From assembly GCA_963697065.1 (NCBI GenBank), contig CAVOMQ010000001.1, positions 386,518-450,517 on the forward strand: a DNA stretch of 64,000 nucleotides. The letters are read 5' to 3'. How positions within the stretch are numbered: position 1 is the first letter of the stretch; each line of letters opens with the position of its first letter. This document shows positions 56,252-64,000 of the stretch, one piece after another. A program made the position numbers and the translations under genes. The notes below the pieces were generated by a model. That model saw only the letters and a list, made by a program, of their open reading frames with translations, did not search any database and was not told the DNA's origin. This stretch comes from an uncultured Gemmatimonadales bacterium. GTDB taxonomy: Bacteria > Gemmatimonadota > Gemmatimonadetes > Gemmatimonadales > GWC2-71-9.

Positions 56252-56932
56252 TTACTGCGCCGCGGCCGGGGCGGAAACCAGGTCGAAGTCGTATTCCAGC
56301 TTGATGTCGTCCACGATGCTCACCACCAGCATCAACCTCGGCTGCTCCATGTTGAAGTCACCGAACTTGATGTGCGTCGACGCCGTGCCGGTGAACACGC
56401 CGTTGTGCACCGTCGCCTGTGCCGGCCATGTGGTGCGCCGCGTCACGCCATGGATGGTGAGATCGCCGACGATGGTGAGCGACAACGTGCCGTTGGCCGG
56501 AATCGGGTCGGGAAGGCCCCGAACCTCGCGCACCATCAGTCGAGCGGTGGGAAACTGCGCCGTCTGCAGCGTCCGCTCCCTGATGTACTTGTCGCGGTTC
56601 GGCTTGTCGGTGTGGAGCGAGTCGAGCACGACCGTGAACTGCGATGCCGCGGTGTCGACGGAGCCATCGGCGCGGATCACCACAGCACCGGTCACCTGGT
56701 TCGTGGTGCCGACGGCGTCGTTCGGCAGCTCCGCGCTGAGCAGTTGCTCCCGGACCACGAACCGGGCAGTGTTCCCGGTGGGGGCGAGGACCAGCCGGAG
56801 CCGCGCCGCCGCGGGGCGCGGGAGCACGGACGGCGAATGCAACGAAGACTGCGCCGCAAGCAACCGGGGAAGAAGAGCGACACACACCATGACACGCGTC
56901 AGCAACATCGTCGACCGACTCCGGAAAGACAT
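56252..56932 (-). CDS. YceI-like periplasmic protein
   Basis: ATG at complement of 56930-56932 (alternative at 56908). Signal peptide. YceI-like SLHTDKPNRDKYIRE...LTIHGVTR. Confidence 0.75.
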   Translation of the reverse strand: MSFRSRSTMLLTRVMVCVALLPRLLAAQSSLHSPSVLPRPAAARLRLVLAPTGNTARFVVREQLLSAELPNDAVGTTNQVTGAVVIRADGSVDTAASQFTVVLDSLHTDKPNRDKYIRERTLQTAQFPTARLMVREVRGLPDPIPANGTLSLTIVGDLTIHGVTRRTTWPAQATVHNGVFTGTASTHIKFGDFNMEQPRLMLVVSIVDDIKLEYDFDLVSAPAAAQ

Positions 56933-57048
56933 TCTCGCACCGGCCGACATCAGCCGGTGATCACGATGGTTCATCGCCGAATTATACGACGATCCAGAGC
57001 CCGGCGTTGCCGGCCCGCGCCAGCGCCCACCCGGTCCGCGCCGGTCCG

Positions 57049-58017
57049 ATGCGCGCGCTGATCCACCCGTCGCCCGGCGTGACAACGCTGGTCACACGGC
57101 CCGATCCCGTGCCGGCACAAGGCGAATTGCTCGTCGAAGTGCTCGCCTCGGGAATGAATCGCGCCGACCTGCTGCAGCGGGACGGCCGCTATCCCGCGCC
57201 GCCGGGCTGGCCGGCGGATATCCCGGGACTCGAATTCGCGGGCCGGGTGCTCTCCTGTGGCGACGGTGTTCGCGAGTGGCAACGCGGCGATCGGGTGATG
57301 GGCCTGGTCGGTGGCGGCGCGCACGCGTCCCGCGCGCTCATCGCCGCCGACGCCGCGATGCCGATCCCGGCGGCACTGGATGAACCGGCGGCGGCCGCCA
57401 TCCCCGAAGCCTTCCTCACGGCCTGGGATGCGCTGATGCTCCGCGCCCGGGCCGTTCCGGGCGAGCGGGTGCTGGTTCACGCGGTCGGTAGCGGCATCGG
57501 AACCGCGGCGGTGCAGCTGGCCCGGATGCTGGGGCTCGAAGCGATCGGCACTTCGCGAACACCGTCGAAACTCGACCGCGCGGCCGCGCTCGGTGCGGCG
57601 CGCGGCGTGCTGACGACAGCCTCCGACTGGCCAGCCCGAGTGGGGCATGTCGACGTGATTCTCGACACGCTGGGCGCGGCGGTGTTCGAACAGAACATCG
57701 AGCTGCTCGCGCACCGTGGGCGTCTGGTGTTGATCGGCACCCTCACGGGCGGCACCGCGCACACCTTCGAACTCGGACAGGCGCTGCGCCGGCGGCTCGA
57801 GATCATCGGCACGGTAATGCGCTCACGGCCGGCCGCCGAGCGGGCACAGCTCGTGGCGCAATTCCGGCGGGACGTGCTCCCGGCATTCAGCAACGGAACG
57901 CTCGAACCAGTCATCGATACCGTCTTTCCCGCGTCGGAATTCGATGATGCCTACGACTGCCTCGCATCCAACCACACATTCGGCAAGGTGATCCTCAACT
58001 GGGCCGCTGAACGCTGA
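57049..58017 (+). CDS. qor: NADPH:quinone oxidoreductase (zeta-crystallin-type MDR)
   Basis: ATG at 57049. GMNRADLLQRDGRYP, PGLEFAGRV, and HAVGSGIGTAAVQLA. Confidence 0.85.
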   Translation: MRALIHPSPGVTTLVTRPDPVPAQGELLVEVLASGMNRADLLQRDGRYPAPPGWPADIPGLEFAGRVLSCGDGVREWQRGDRVMGLVGGGAHASRALIAADAAMPIPAALDEPAAAAIPEAFLTAWDALMLRARAVPGERVLVHAVGSGIGTAAVQLARMLGLEAIGTSRTPSKLDRAAALGAARGVLTTASDWPARVGHVDVILDTLGAAVFEQNIELLAHRGRLVLIGTLTGGTAHTFELGQALRRRLEIIGTVMRSRPAAERAQLVAQFRRDVLPAFSNGTLEPVIDTVFPASEFDDAYDCLASNHTFGKVILNWAAER

Positions 58018-58110
58018 CTCCGGACTAACGTTTTCCGGTCTGCGGCGACATCTTCGTCGATCGTAACGACGCGGCCGGCACGGCCGGTCATCTCTTTCCA
58101 TTGATCCGGA

Positions 58111-60339
58111 GTGGTTCCAGTGTCTCTGCTTCGCAGGATGTCACGTGTCGGTGCGCTGGCGGGCGGACTGGCGACCGTCGCCGCCGCCGGCGGCGCGGCG
58201 CAACAACCGCAGCTCAACCAGTACGGCAATCCGATGAAGCACGCGGCACAGCCCACGACCGCGGCGATCACCGTGGCCGACCTGCGCACGCGTCTCTACA
58301 TCTACTCCGACGACTCGATGCAGGGACGCCAGGTGGGAACGATCGGCAACTACAAGGCCACGAGCTATATCGCCGCCGAGTTGAAGAAACTCGGCATTCT
58401 TCCCGGCGGCGACAACGGCACGTATTTCCAGGATCTGCCGTACGTCCAGCACAAGTACACCGACAAGTCGACGCTCGCGGCGGCAGGCATGACACTGCGT
58501 TTCAATACCGACTTCGTGCCGGTACCGACCGGCCGCGCGCCGCGCCCCATCCGGAACGTGCCGGTGATCTACGGCGGTGTCGAAGGCGATACCACGCTGG
58601 AGATTTCTCCGGAACAGGCGGCGGGGAAGTTCGTCATCCTCTCCGCGGCTCCGCGTGCCGGGAACGCGGCTCGGACCGCACCGGCACCGGCGGCAACCGA
58701 TGCGCTGGGATGCCCGGTGGCGGGTGCCGGCCGCGGCGCGGGGGGATTTGCCGGACGGGGACGCGGCGGCTTCGGTGGCGGCGCGACGGCCCGATTCGCC
58801 GACGCCGTGGCGGTGGCGACGGTCGATCTCGACGGACTGAATCCGGCGGAGCGGGCGCTGCTGAACGATCCGCAGGCGATCATGGGACCACAGGCACCGG
58901 CAACGGTGGCGACCGGTGACATGGTCGTGGTTCGCGACGGACGGATTGGCGTGGTGCGCGACGGCCAGCTCATCTCCGGCACGCTCCCCGCCGGATGGAC
59001 CGGCGCCCGCGTCAAGTCGACGGCGGATTCGATGGACGCATTCTCCGCCGACTCGGTCGCACGCGCGGCGGCGCGCAGTGACACGCTTGCCGCGGCCGCC
59101 CGGCGCATGCTCGAGGCGCACCAATTCGGCGGCTCGGTTTCGTTCGACGGCGCCATGACGACCCTCGACAGCCAGCAGGTGATGACGCTCGGCTGTTCAG
59201 CAGGACGTGGAGCGGGACGCCGCGGCGGCCGCGGTGGCGCCGCAGGTGGTGCCCGCGGCGGGCGGGGAGCTGGCGGCGCCGGCGCCCCGGTCGAACCGGT
59301 GGCCGCGACGATCCGGCTCACCAGTTCCGCGGCGATGCGCCTCATGGGACACAGCCTGACCGGCCTCCAGGCCGGCGCGACCGGCGGCACCGTCGATGGC
59401 GCACTCGATTTCGTCGACATTCCCACCGACTGGGGCCGCAACGTCATCGGGATCATTCCCGGCAGCGATCCGGCGCTCAAGGGCGAGTACGTCGCCATCG
59501 GCGCCCACAACGATCACAACGGAATCCGGCCGCCGGTGGTGGATCACGATTCGCTCAAGGCCTACAACAACGCCGTCCTGAAGCTGGAAATGGCCGGCGG
59601 CGATCTGCACAGCATTTCCTCGGCGGAACGTGCGACGATTCACATCAACATGGATTCGATCCGCCGTATCCATCCGGTGGCCCGGCTCGATTCGATCCAG
59701 AATGGCGCCGACGACGACGGCTCAGGCTCGACGGGCGTGCTCGAGATCGCGGAATACGTGGCGCACATGCCGGTCAAGCCGAAGCGCTCGATCCTCTTCG
59801 TGTGGCATACTGGTGAGGAAGCGGGCGAACTCGGCTCGCGCTATTTCACGTCGCATCCGACCGTGCCGGTCGATTCGATCGTCGCACAGATCAACATCGA
59901 CATGATCGGCCGCGGGCGCGCCGAAGACGTGATCGGCGGCGGCGATTACTACGTCGGCGCGGTGGGTTCGAAGCGGTTGTCGACCGGCCTGTACCAGGAC
60001 ATGCTCGCCACCAACAACAAGCAGCCGCACCCGCTCGACCTCGATTATCGCTACGACGATCCCACGCTGGGCACCAGCGTCGACGGCAAGCCGGTGAGCT
60101 GGCCGGGTTACAACAACATCTACGGCCGCAGCGATCACACCAACTACGCCAACAAGTGCATCCCGATCGTGTTCTTCTTCACCGGGTTGCACGGCGACTA
60201 TCACCAGAACACCGACGAACCGCAGTATATCGACTATCCGCACTACGCGCGGATCGACAACTTCATCAAGGACCTGCTGGTCAACGTGGCCGACGGTTCG
60301 CAGCGGCCGGCGCTCGACAAGGTCTGCGTAAGGAAATAG
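58111..60339 (+). CDS. Exported M28-family metallopeptidase with a PA-like domain and two Gly/Arg-rich inserts
   Basis: Signal region. AHNDH, GADDDGSG, HTGEEAGELGS, and DYHQNTD (M28 zinc ligands). Inserts GAGRGAGGFAGRGRGGFGGG and GRGAGRRGGRGGAAGGARGGRGAGGAGA. Confidence 0.8.
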   Translation: MVPVSLLRRMSRVGALAGGLATVAAAGGAAQQPQLNQYGNPMKHAAQPTTAAITVADLRTRLYIYSDDSMQGRQVGTIGNYKATSYIAAELKKLGILPGGDNGTYFQDLPYVQHKYTDKSTLAAAGMTLRFNTDFVPVPTGRAPRPIRNVPVIYGGVEGDTTLEISPEQAAGKFVILSAAPRAGNAARTAPAPAATDALGCPVAGAGRGAGGFAGRGRGGFGGGATARFADAVAVATVDLDGLNPAERALLNDPQAIMGPQAPATVATGDMVVVRDGRIGVVRDGQLISGTLPAGWTGARVKSTADSMDAFSADSVARAAARSDTLAAAARRMLEAHQFGGSVSFDGAMTTLDSQQVMTLGCSAGRGAGRRGGRGGAAGGARGGRGAGGAGAPVEPVAATIRLTSSAAMRLMGHSLTGLQAGATGGTVDGALDFVDIPTDWGRNVIGIIPGSDPALKGEYVAIGAHNDHNGIRPPVVDHDSLKAYNNAVLKLEMAGGDLHSISSAERATIHINMDSIRRIHPVARLDSIQNGADDDGSGSTGVLEIAEYVAHMPVKPKRSILFVWHTGEEAGELGSRYFTSHPTVPVDSIVAQINIDMIGRGRAEDVIGGGDYYVGAVGSKRLSTGLYQDMLATNNKQPHPLDLDYRYDDPTLGTSVDGKPVSWPGYNNIYGRSDHTNYANKCIPIVFFFTGLHGDYHQNTDEPQYIDYPHYARIDNFIKDLLVNVADGSQRPALDKVCVRK

Positions 60340-60364
60340 ACCGGGCAGCCCGATCAGGCCAAGC

Positions 60365-60416
60365 ACGGCGAGACGCCATTTGCGTAATTTCAATACGTCA
60401 TTTGGCGTCTCGCCGT
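60365..60416. terminator. Long hairpin between the convergent M28 peptidase and radical SAM genes
   Basis: acggcgagacgcca (60365-78) pairs with tggcgtctcgccgt (60403-16). AT-rich 24-nt loop with an internal cgta/tacg pairing. Confidence 0.55.
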
Positions 60417-60435
60417 TCCATCGCGCCACGGATCC

Positions 60436-61476
60436 TCAGCCCGCGTCCCAGAGCGCGAGCTGCGCCGGTACCCGGGGGCCATCTTCCTGCCGCCGCTCGC
60501 CGCGACCGGCAAGCCCCACCTCGGAACGCAGCGCGTCGATCCGCGCCTGGAGCGCGCGCTGGTAGCTGTGTGACGTGTTGGATCGCGCCCCGAAGTGACG
60601 CTGATACCGCCGATGGAGATCAGGGCGGTTCTGCGCCAGCCATGGCAACAGCGTGCGGCGCGTCGCCGGCCCCATCCGGAGCGGCACCCCCGATGCCCAC
60701 GCCGCGCCCCCGGCTCGCGCCGCACGCAGCAGATCGCGTAACGCGGCGCGCCCGTCGGTCAGTCCGGGGAGAATCGGGGCAATCAACAGTCCGGTCTCGA
60801 TTCCAGCCTGCGTCAGACTCTCCAGCGCGCGGAGCCGGGCCTTGGGCGTCGGTGTTCGCGGTTCGAGCCGCCGCAGCAATGGTGCGTCGAGCGACGCCAG
60901 CGAGAGGTTGACCGTCAGCCGATGCTGGCCGGCGAGCACCTTGAGCACGTCGAGATCCCGGACGATGAGCGGTGACTTGGTGATGATGCCCAGCCGCAGC
61001 CCATGATACTGCCGGAGCAGTTCGAGGATCGAACGGGTCTGCCGGAAGCGCCGCTCCGCCGGCTGATAGGGATCGGTGGCGGTGCCGATGATCAGCGCAT
61101 GGCCCGCCAGGCGCGATGGGTCGAGCGTCCGTGCCAGCACCGCCGCCACCTCCTGCTTGACCAGGATGCGCCGCTCGAAGGCCTCTTCCGGCGGCAACCG
61201 CGAGGCCTCATGGGCTTCGTGGCTCGCCTCGAGCCGGGCGACGGCGCGCTCGACTGTCCAGCGGTGGGTCTCGCGGGCGTAGCAGTACGCGCATCCGAAC
61301 TCGCACCCGATGTAGGGATTGATCGACCAGAAGCCCATGCGCGTCGACGCCGGAGTGTTGAGGACGCCGTGCACGGGCAGCGCAATGAAGCGCGTCCCGC
61401 GGGCGCGGGCGTCGAGCGTCGACCACGCCGGCGCTTCCTCCACCACCGGCAATGCCTTCAGCCGCAGCGGGACCAT
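60436..61476 (-). CDS. Radical SAM protein (SplB / Rv2578c-like, COG1533 type)
   Basis: ATG at complement of 61474-61476 (alternative at 61530). Cluster motif CEFGCAYCYA (CxxxCxxC). Confidence 0.8.
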   Translation of the reverse strand: MVPLRLKALPVVEEAPAWSTLDARARGTRFIALPVHGVLNTPASTRMGFWSINPYIGCEFGCAYCYARETHRWTVERAVARLEASHEAHEASRLPPEEAFERRILVKQEVAAVLARTLDPSRLAGHALIIGTATDPYQPAERRFRQTRSILELLRQYHGLRLGIITKSPLIVRDLDVLKVLAGQHRLTVNLSLASLDAPLLRRLEPRTPTPKARLRALESLTQAGIETGLLIAPILPGLTDGRAALRDLLRAARAGGAAWASGVPLRMGPATRRTLLPWLAQNRPDLHRRYQRHFGARSNTSHSYQRALQARIDALRSEVGLAGRGERRQEDGPRVPAQLALWDAG

Positions 61477-61628
61477 CCGCAGGCCGGACAGGCAAGGCAG
61501 CCGGAACCGTGTACCACCGGCCCGCCGCATTCGGGGCAGTGACCGCCCCGGTCGCGCCGGGTCCCGGTCGGCTCTACTTCGGGGTCTGTTCGGCTCACAT
61601 CCCGAATATACGCCGAAGCTCGGCATCG

Positions 61629-62335
61629 TCAAACCAGCGGCGGAAGCCTACAGGGAGAACTCCCACGCAGCGCGATCGTGAAACAGACCAGGAAGGTCAC
61701 CGCCACGATGATCGCACCGTGCCAGTCGGCAGTGGTGAACGTGCCCAGATTCCAGAACGTGATGTTGCGGGCCTGCGGATCGCGCGCGATGTAGGAGAGG
61801 AATCCGGTTCCCGCGGCACAGACGGCGTTGACGGCGATGCCGGCCAGCAGCAGCGTGAAGACGTTCTCCTTGCCGAACGCCGTCGACACCCGGTAGACCA
61901 GCACCGTGGCGGCGAATCCGCCCGCAAACGCCATCACCGGCACGGCGGCCGAGCCGAGCGGAGCGGAGCGGTGAACGCCATCGTGGTGTGGCCGCCGAGG
62001 ACGAAGACGAGGGCCGCGCCGGCCGATGTTCCGGCGAGTCCCGGTTCGACGATCGGGTTGCGGAACAGCCCCTGCATCAGCGTGCCCGGGACGCCGAGCA
62101 CCGCCCCGGTGACGCTGCCGAGGAGTACGCGCGGCAGCCGCAGCTGCAGGAACACGTTGGGGTCGAGCGCGTCGGCGGCGGTGCGCGGCTCCAGATGGAG
62201 CGCCTGGGCCACGAACCGCGCCATTTCGCCCAGCGGGAACATGCAATCGCCGATCCCGGCCGACGCCAGCACGGCGCCGATCAGGGCCAGCGCCAGTACC
62301 AGGTGAAACTGCCGGTTGCTCAGTCGCCTCGGCAT
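61629..62335 (-). pseudogene. FecCD-family (HmuU/BtuC-like) ABC permease, frameshifted and 3'-truncated
   Basis: ORF 61934..62335 encodes the N-terminus (LRLPRVLLGSVTGAVLGVPGTLMQGLFRNPIVEPGLAGTSAGAAL). The continuation (MAFAGGFAATVLVYRV...LLLAGIAVNAVCAAGTGFL...NITFWNLGTF) lies in the frame of ORF 61629..62246. That frame ends after about 205 residues in total, versus about 330 expected. Confidence 0.75.
61951..61970. repeat. Pentanucleotide tandem repeat GAGCC-GAGCG-GAGCG-GAGCG at the permease frameshift site
   Basis: Read directly from the sequence. Removing one 5-nt unit makes the minus strand read ...TAPLGSAAVPVMAFAGGF... in one continuous frame. Confidence 0.7.
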
Positions 62336-62336
62336 C

Positions 62337-63224
62337 TCACTGGTGAACCATCCGCGCCAGCTCGCGCACCACGGCCGGGGTGCGCGGACCGAAGTACATG
62401 ATCTCCTGCTCGGTGATGCGATAGATGCGATTGTGCTGGCCGGCGGGGGTGAGGGCGACGCCGGGCAACGTCTTGAACTTCTCGACGCTGCCGTAGCGAT
62501 CGAAGCCGACGTCGGTGGCGATGATCACGTCCGGCGCGGCGCGGGCGATCAGTTCGGGGGTGAGCCGCGCCATGCCGCCTGCCGAGTCGATCGCGTTGTC
62601 GGCACCGGCCCAGTGCAGCATCGCATCGGCGGGACCGCCCCGCTTGAGCGCGAGATAGTCGTTGGCGATCTGGCCGAAGTGAATGATCAGCACGCGGGGA
62701 CGGGGTTTGCCGACCCACTGCGCGGTGTCGGCGAACACCGTGTCCATCCCCGCCTTCCATGCGGCCACGACGCTGTCGGCCTGCGCGTCGTGATGGAACA
62801 GCGCGCCGAGTCGCACCAGCATCGCTTCGGCGCTGTCGACGCTGCCGCCCGGGCGAAGCGTGAGTACCGGAATGCCGACCTTCTTGACCTGCTCCTCCAC
62901 CGCGTCGGGACCGAAATTGCCGTCGTTGAGGAACAGCGTCGGCTTCATCGCGATGATGCCTTCCGCATTGAGCGCGCGGTGGTAGCCCACCGACGGCAAC
63001 GCCGTGATCGCCGGTGGATAGATCGACGTCAGGTCCCGGGCGACGAGCAGGTCCTGCGCGCCGATGTCGTAGAGGTACTCGTTGAGCTGCTTCGAGACGC
63101 AGACCACCCGCTGGCCGCCGGCGCCCGCCGGGCCCGACCGCTGACACGCGGCCGCGGCCACCAGCAGCCACGCCGCCCGCCAGGCGGGCCGTTTTCGCCG
63201 CCGGGCCGCTGTCGCACTGATCAT
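62337..63224 (-). CDS. Periplasmic substrate-binding lipoprotein of a heme/siderophore/B12-type ABC transporter (HmuT-like)
   Basis: ATG at complement of 63222-63224. Signal/lipobox RAAWLLVAAAAC. PF01497-like layout (VVCVSKQLNEYLYDIGAQDLLVA...PDVIIATD). Confidence 0.8.
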   Translation of the reverse strand: MISATAARRRKRPAWRAAWLLVAAAACQRSGPAGAGGQRVVCVSKQLNEYLYDIGAQDLLVARDLTSIYPPAITALPSVGYHRALNAEGIIAMKPTLFLNDGNFGPDAVEEQVKKVGIPVLTLRPGGSVDSAEAMLVRLGALFHHDAQADSVVAAWKAGMDTVFADTAQWVGKPRPRVLIIHFGQIANDYLALKRGGPADAMLHWAGADNAIDSAGGMARLTPELIARAAPDVIIATDVGFDRYGSVEKFKTLPGVALTPAGQHNRIYRITEQEIMYFGPRTPAVVRELARMVHQ

Positions 63225-63332
63225 CTCGATCACTCCCGAGCAGATGAAATTCCGGGGAGGCTCAAGTGTATCAGCCGCCATCTGGCGGCGCCACGACTAG
63301 TTTCAGAGGCGAACGACGCATCGGAGAGCGAA

Positions 63333-63923
63333 GTGAACGTGTACGCCCTGAGCACCATCCTGGGTGCGGCGGGCTTCGGCTTCATGGCGCTGGGCGGCGT
63401 CGGACATCACGCGCACCCGGGTCCCGGCGTTCGTGGCCACGCCGGCGGCGTCCATCACGGGCACGCCGGCAGCAGCCTGACGCACGGGGCGACCCGTACG
63501 GTTCTGGCGCTGATGTCGCCGCGGGTTCTGTTCGCCTTCCTGCTCGGATTCGGCGTGATCGGCCTCGCGGCACACAGCCTCGTCGGCGGAACGGTGCTAC
63601 TGCTCGTGGCGCTGGCCGGCGGCATCGCGGCCGAACGGCTGGTGGTGCGTCCGGTCTGGAATCTGGCGCTCCGCTTCGCGTCCAACCCCGCGCTCACCCT
63701 GGAGAGCGCCGTCACCGCCGAAGGGACCGCCGTCACCACGTTCGACGCCGACGGGCACGGCATCGTGTCGCTGGAGGTGGATGGGCAGATCGTACAGTTG
63801 CTGGGAAGCATTCCGGCCGGCGACCGCGACCGCACCCCGCGGATCCGCGCCGGCGACCGGGTGCGGATAGAGGACGTCGACACGGCGCGGAATCGCTGCA
63901 CCGTGTCGGTGCCCCTGGTCTGA
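63333..63923 (+). CDS. NfeD-like membrane protein (His/Gly-rich loop, C-terminal OB-like domain)
   Basis: GTG at 63333 (or 63339) after GGAGAG. TM segments. C-terminal GTAVTTFDADGHGIVSLEVDGQIVQLLG...GDRVRIEDVD is typical of NfeD C-terminal domains. Confidence 0.6.
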   Translation: MNVYALSTILGAAGFGFMALGGVGHHAHPGPGVRGHAGGVHHGHAGSSLTHGATRTVLALMSPRVLFAFLLGFGVIGLAAHSLVGGTVLLLVALAGGIAAERLVVRPVWNLALRFASNPALTLESAVTAEGTAVTTFDADGHGIVSLEVDGQIVQLLGSIPAGDRDRTPRIRAGDRVRIEDVDTARNRCTVSVPLV

Positions 63924-63938
63924 ACAAGGAGCTGGAAA

Positions 63939-64000
63939 TGCTGGGCTCGGTCGGAATACTGATTCTGGGTGCCGTGGTGTTCGTCGTGGTCGTCATCCCG
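63939..64000 (+). CDS. Start of a membrane protein, probably the flotillin/SPFH partner of the NfeD-like gene (5' fragment only)
   Basis: ATG at 63939, 7 nt after AAGGAG. MLGSVGILILGAVVFVVVVIP is an N-terminal TM segment. The assignment rests only on the common NfeD-SPFH gene pairing. Confidence 0.35.

Noticed and set aside
1-64000. Mobile elements, CRISPR arrays, tRNA/rRNA genes, and toxin-antitoxin or known defence systems
   Set aside because: No transposase, integrase or recombinase-like translation was seen, and no regularly spaced direct repeats. No intergenic region is long enough or has tRNA-like T-arm/anticodon structure. Intergenic spacers are mostly under 200 bp.

Overview
This is a very GC-rich bacterial chromosomal segment (roughly 70% G+C by eye, not computed) that is densely packed with genes. 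I call about 60 protein-coding genes. Because of the GC content, most long ORFs in the six-frame track are antisense or off-frame artefacts. I picked real frames from recognisable protein motifs, signal peptides, Shine-Dalgarno spacing, third-position GC, and 4-nt start/stop overlaps. The track also renders GTG/TTG starts as M, and several true starts lie internal to the listed ORFs. The content is mainly housekeeping and envelope functions:

- **Core metabolism and repair:** NAD synthetase, short MutY-like glycosylase, PfkA, IspH, fused 2-oxoacid dehydrogenase E1, proline dehydrogenase, tryptophanase plus permease.
- **RNA, ribosome and proteolysis:** Rho, RsgA, Lon.
- **Signalling:** Ser/Thr kinase, Hpt-REC-GGDEF protein, MCP-like protein.
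- **Envelope:** many exported proteins and lipoproteins of unknown function.

Gene content and protein style loosely suggest a Gemmatimonadota-like or similar high-GC Gram-negative lineage; that is inference only. I found no rRNA, tRNA, CRISPR array, transposase or integrase.

The most notable observations are:

1. An unannotated 78-codon SelW/Rdx-family gene with an in-frame TGA at the CxxU position (44171..44407). It is hidden under a spurious antisense ORF and translationally coupled to pfkA.
2. The lon gene is split into two overlapping frames (frameshift between 37944 and 38014).
3. A heme/siderophore-type ABC uptake locus is decaying. Its FecCD permease is frameshifted at a GAGCG pentanucleotide tandem repeat and 3'-truncated, and no ATPase gene follows.
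4. A cysteine-repeat lipoprotein carries a Met/His-rich loop.
5. Several tightly coupled operons of unknown function are present: a lipid-related five-gene operon, and an unknown-protein/TrmB-like/Hpt-REC-GGDEF operon with a good sigma70-like promoter.
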